NCBI GenBank assembly: GCA_000182565.2
Contig: KQ257453.1
Reading direction: 5' to 3' (one strand)
Length of the DNA stretch: 20,077 nt
Source: Spizellomyces punctatus DAOM BR117
Lineage: Eukaryota
Positions within the stretch are counted from its first letter, which is position 1; every line of letters starts with the position of its first letter. Positions 18,861 through 20,077 of the stretch are shown piece after piece. The notes beneath the pieces are model-generated. The model saw only the letters and a program-made list of their open reading frames with translations. It was not told the origin of the DNA and did not search any database. The position numbers and the translations under genes are program-made.

Positions 18861-19991
18861 ATGCACTTAATTGTTCTTCACCATGGCTTATGGGGGAAAC
18901 CGTCACATCTTTCGTATCTTGAGAACAGTTTGCGCGAGCGCTTTGGTGATGAAGTGCAGGTTTTAAATTTTGGTGGCAATGCAGGAAATCGCACTTACGA
19001 CGGTATCGATATATGTGGAGAGCGTCTTGCACGTACGATCCTTGAGTGCCTTTCCAAAAAATCCTTCGACCGTATATCATTTATTGGCTATTCGCTGGGA
19101 GGGCTTATAATCCGATATGCTGTCGGTATCCTAGAAGCACGCCATATGTTGGCCAGCCCAACTGCCTCCAATGCCAACGCCGAGGAGAAGCTATGTGTCC
19201 GGCCTGTGAATTTTATCACTGTAGCAACCCCACACGCAGGTGCATCCCTTCGCCCAGATTCAACCTGGGCTCGTGTCTATAATATGGCGTCCGCACTGTC
19301 CCTCTCAAAGTCTGGAAGCCATATGATGTTGACGGATCGTGATGGCGTGTACCTCCCGACTACAGGCTGTGGCGAAATACAAAGCAAACGGACCAGGCCG
19401 CTCCTGGATGCAATGGCGGACCCGGATCTTCCCTTCTGGCAAGGATTGCAGCGGTTCCAAGTACGGAAAGTTTTTGCCAACACGATCAATGATCGAGTCG
19501 TAAACTTCACTTCAAGCTCGCTGGAGGAAACGAATCATTATCGTCGAGGCGCGAAATGGGTTGTCTGTGATGCAAAGTATCCATCGATTGTGAAGCTTGT
19601 AGGACTGACCTCGGCGGACGTAGACGTGAATGAAGCACTGGTACAAGAAGGTGAAGCTGAAGAAGAGGCCACTGAATCGATAGCTACAGAGAGAGAGATA
19701 GTAGATACGGCTCTAGGAGCCACAACCGTAGCGGCTCTCGCAGCTACTGCCGCAACGGCTCCGGCTGCTATAAGAAAGATGCTGTTCTATGTTTTGCTGC
19801 CAGTTTTAGTCCCATTGGCGCTTATGATCCTACTGGCATACTACGCCATTGCACGCACTAGACATATCACACAAGGAACGTTTCGAGGACGTGCTGGGAA
19901 CAGTGTGGATTGGATACTGCAATATCGACCACAAACTTCAAACGAACGGGAGGAAGACCATCCTGGTGGAAAGCCTAATACGCGGTCCTGA
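18861..19991 (+). CDS. DUF676 putative serine esterase/lipase (Lpl1/Rog1-like); C-terminus appears to continue in the +1 frame past the window end
   Basis: HLIVLHHGLWG, TYDGIDICGERL, ISFIGYSLGGLIIRYA (GxSxG nucleophile), NFITVATPHAG, FANTINDRVV and a hydrophobic segment (MLFYVLLPVLVPLALMILLAYY). +1 frame 19990-20077 reads DQLREKHYIAFNRLDWIKIHVRIAIRRSH. Confidence 0.88.
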   Translation: MHLIVLHHGLWGKPSHLSYLENSLRERFGDEVQVLNFGGNAGNRTYDGIDICGERLARTILECLSKKSFDRISFIGYSLGGLIIRYAVGILEARHMLASPTASNANAEEKLCVRPVNFITVATPHAGASLRPDSTWARVYNMASALSLSKSGSHMMLTDRDGVYLPTTGCGEIQSKRTRPLLDAMADPDLPFWQGLQRFQVRKVFANTINDRVVNFTSSSLEETNHYRRGAKWVVCDAKYPSIVKLVGLTSADVDVNEALVQEGEAEEEATESIATEREIVDTALGATTVAALAATAATAPAAIRKMLFYVLLPVLVPLALMILLAYYAIARTRHITQGTFRGRAGNSVDWILQYRPQTSNEREEDHPGGKPNTRS

Positions 19992-20077
19992 CCAATTAAG
20001 GGAAAAACATTATATTGCGTTTAATCGCTTGGACTGGATTAAGATTCATGTTAGAATCGCAATTCGTAGATCGCATG

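Noticed and set aside
15965-19723. Numerous short ORFs overlapping HIS4 and the DUF676 gene
   Set aside because: Antisense or alternate-frame shadows of well-supported genes, with no motifs.

Overview
Eukaryotic (fungal) genomic DNA, probably an early-diverging fungus; the taxon is not determinable from sequence alone. 1-12.25 kb is a nested LTR-retrotransposon cluster. It holds two nearly CpG-free Ty3/gypsy fragments and a Ty1/copia family with four ~0.5 kb LTRs ending TG...TA and a Ty5-type half-tRNA-iMet primer site. The copia family is present as one near-complete copy spanning a 100-N assembly gap, one decayed chimeric copy and one TSD-less solo LTR. An AT-rich spacer (~12.25-12.75 kb) separates the cluster from CpG-rich host genes: 10-exon condensin kleisin BRN1/Cnd2 (+), convergent 5-exon trifunctional HIS4 (-) with a perfect Gcn4 site upstream, and a divergent DUF676 serine hydrolase (+). 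The most unusual signal is in the DUF676 gene: its ORF stops at an antizyme-like TCC-TGA-C, while what looks like the conserved C-terminal motif continues in the +1 frame. This is a candidate programmed +1 frameshift, but an indel error is not excluded.
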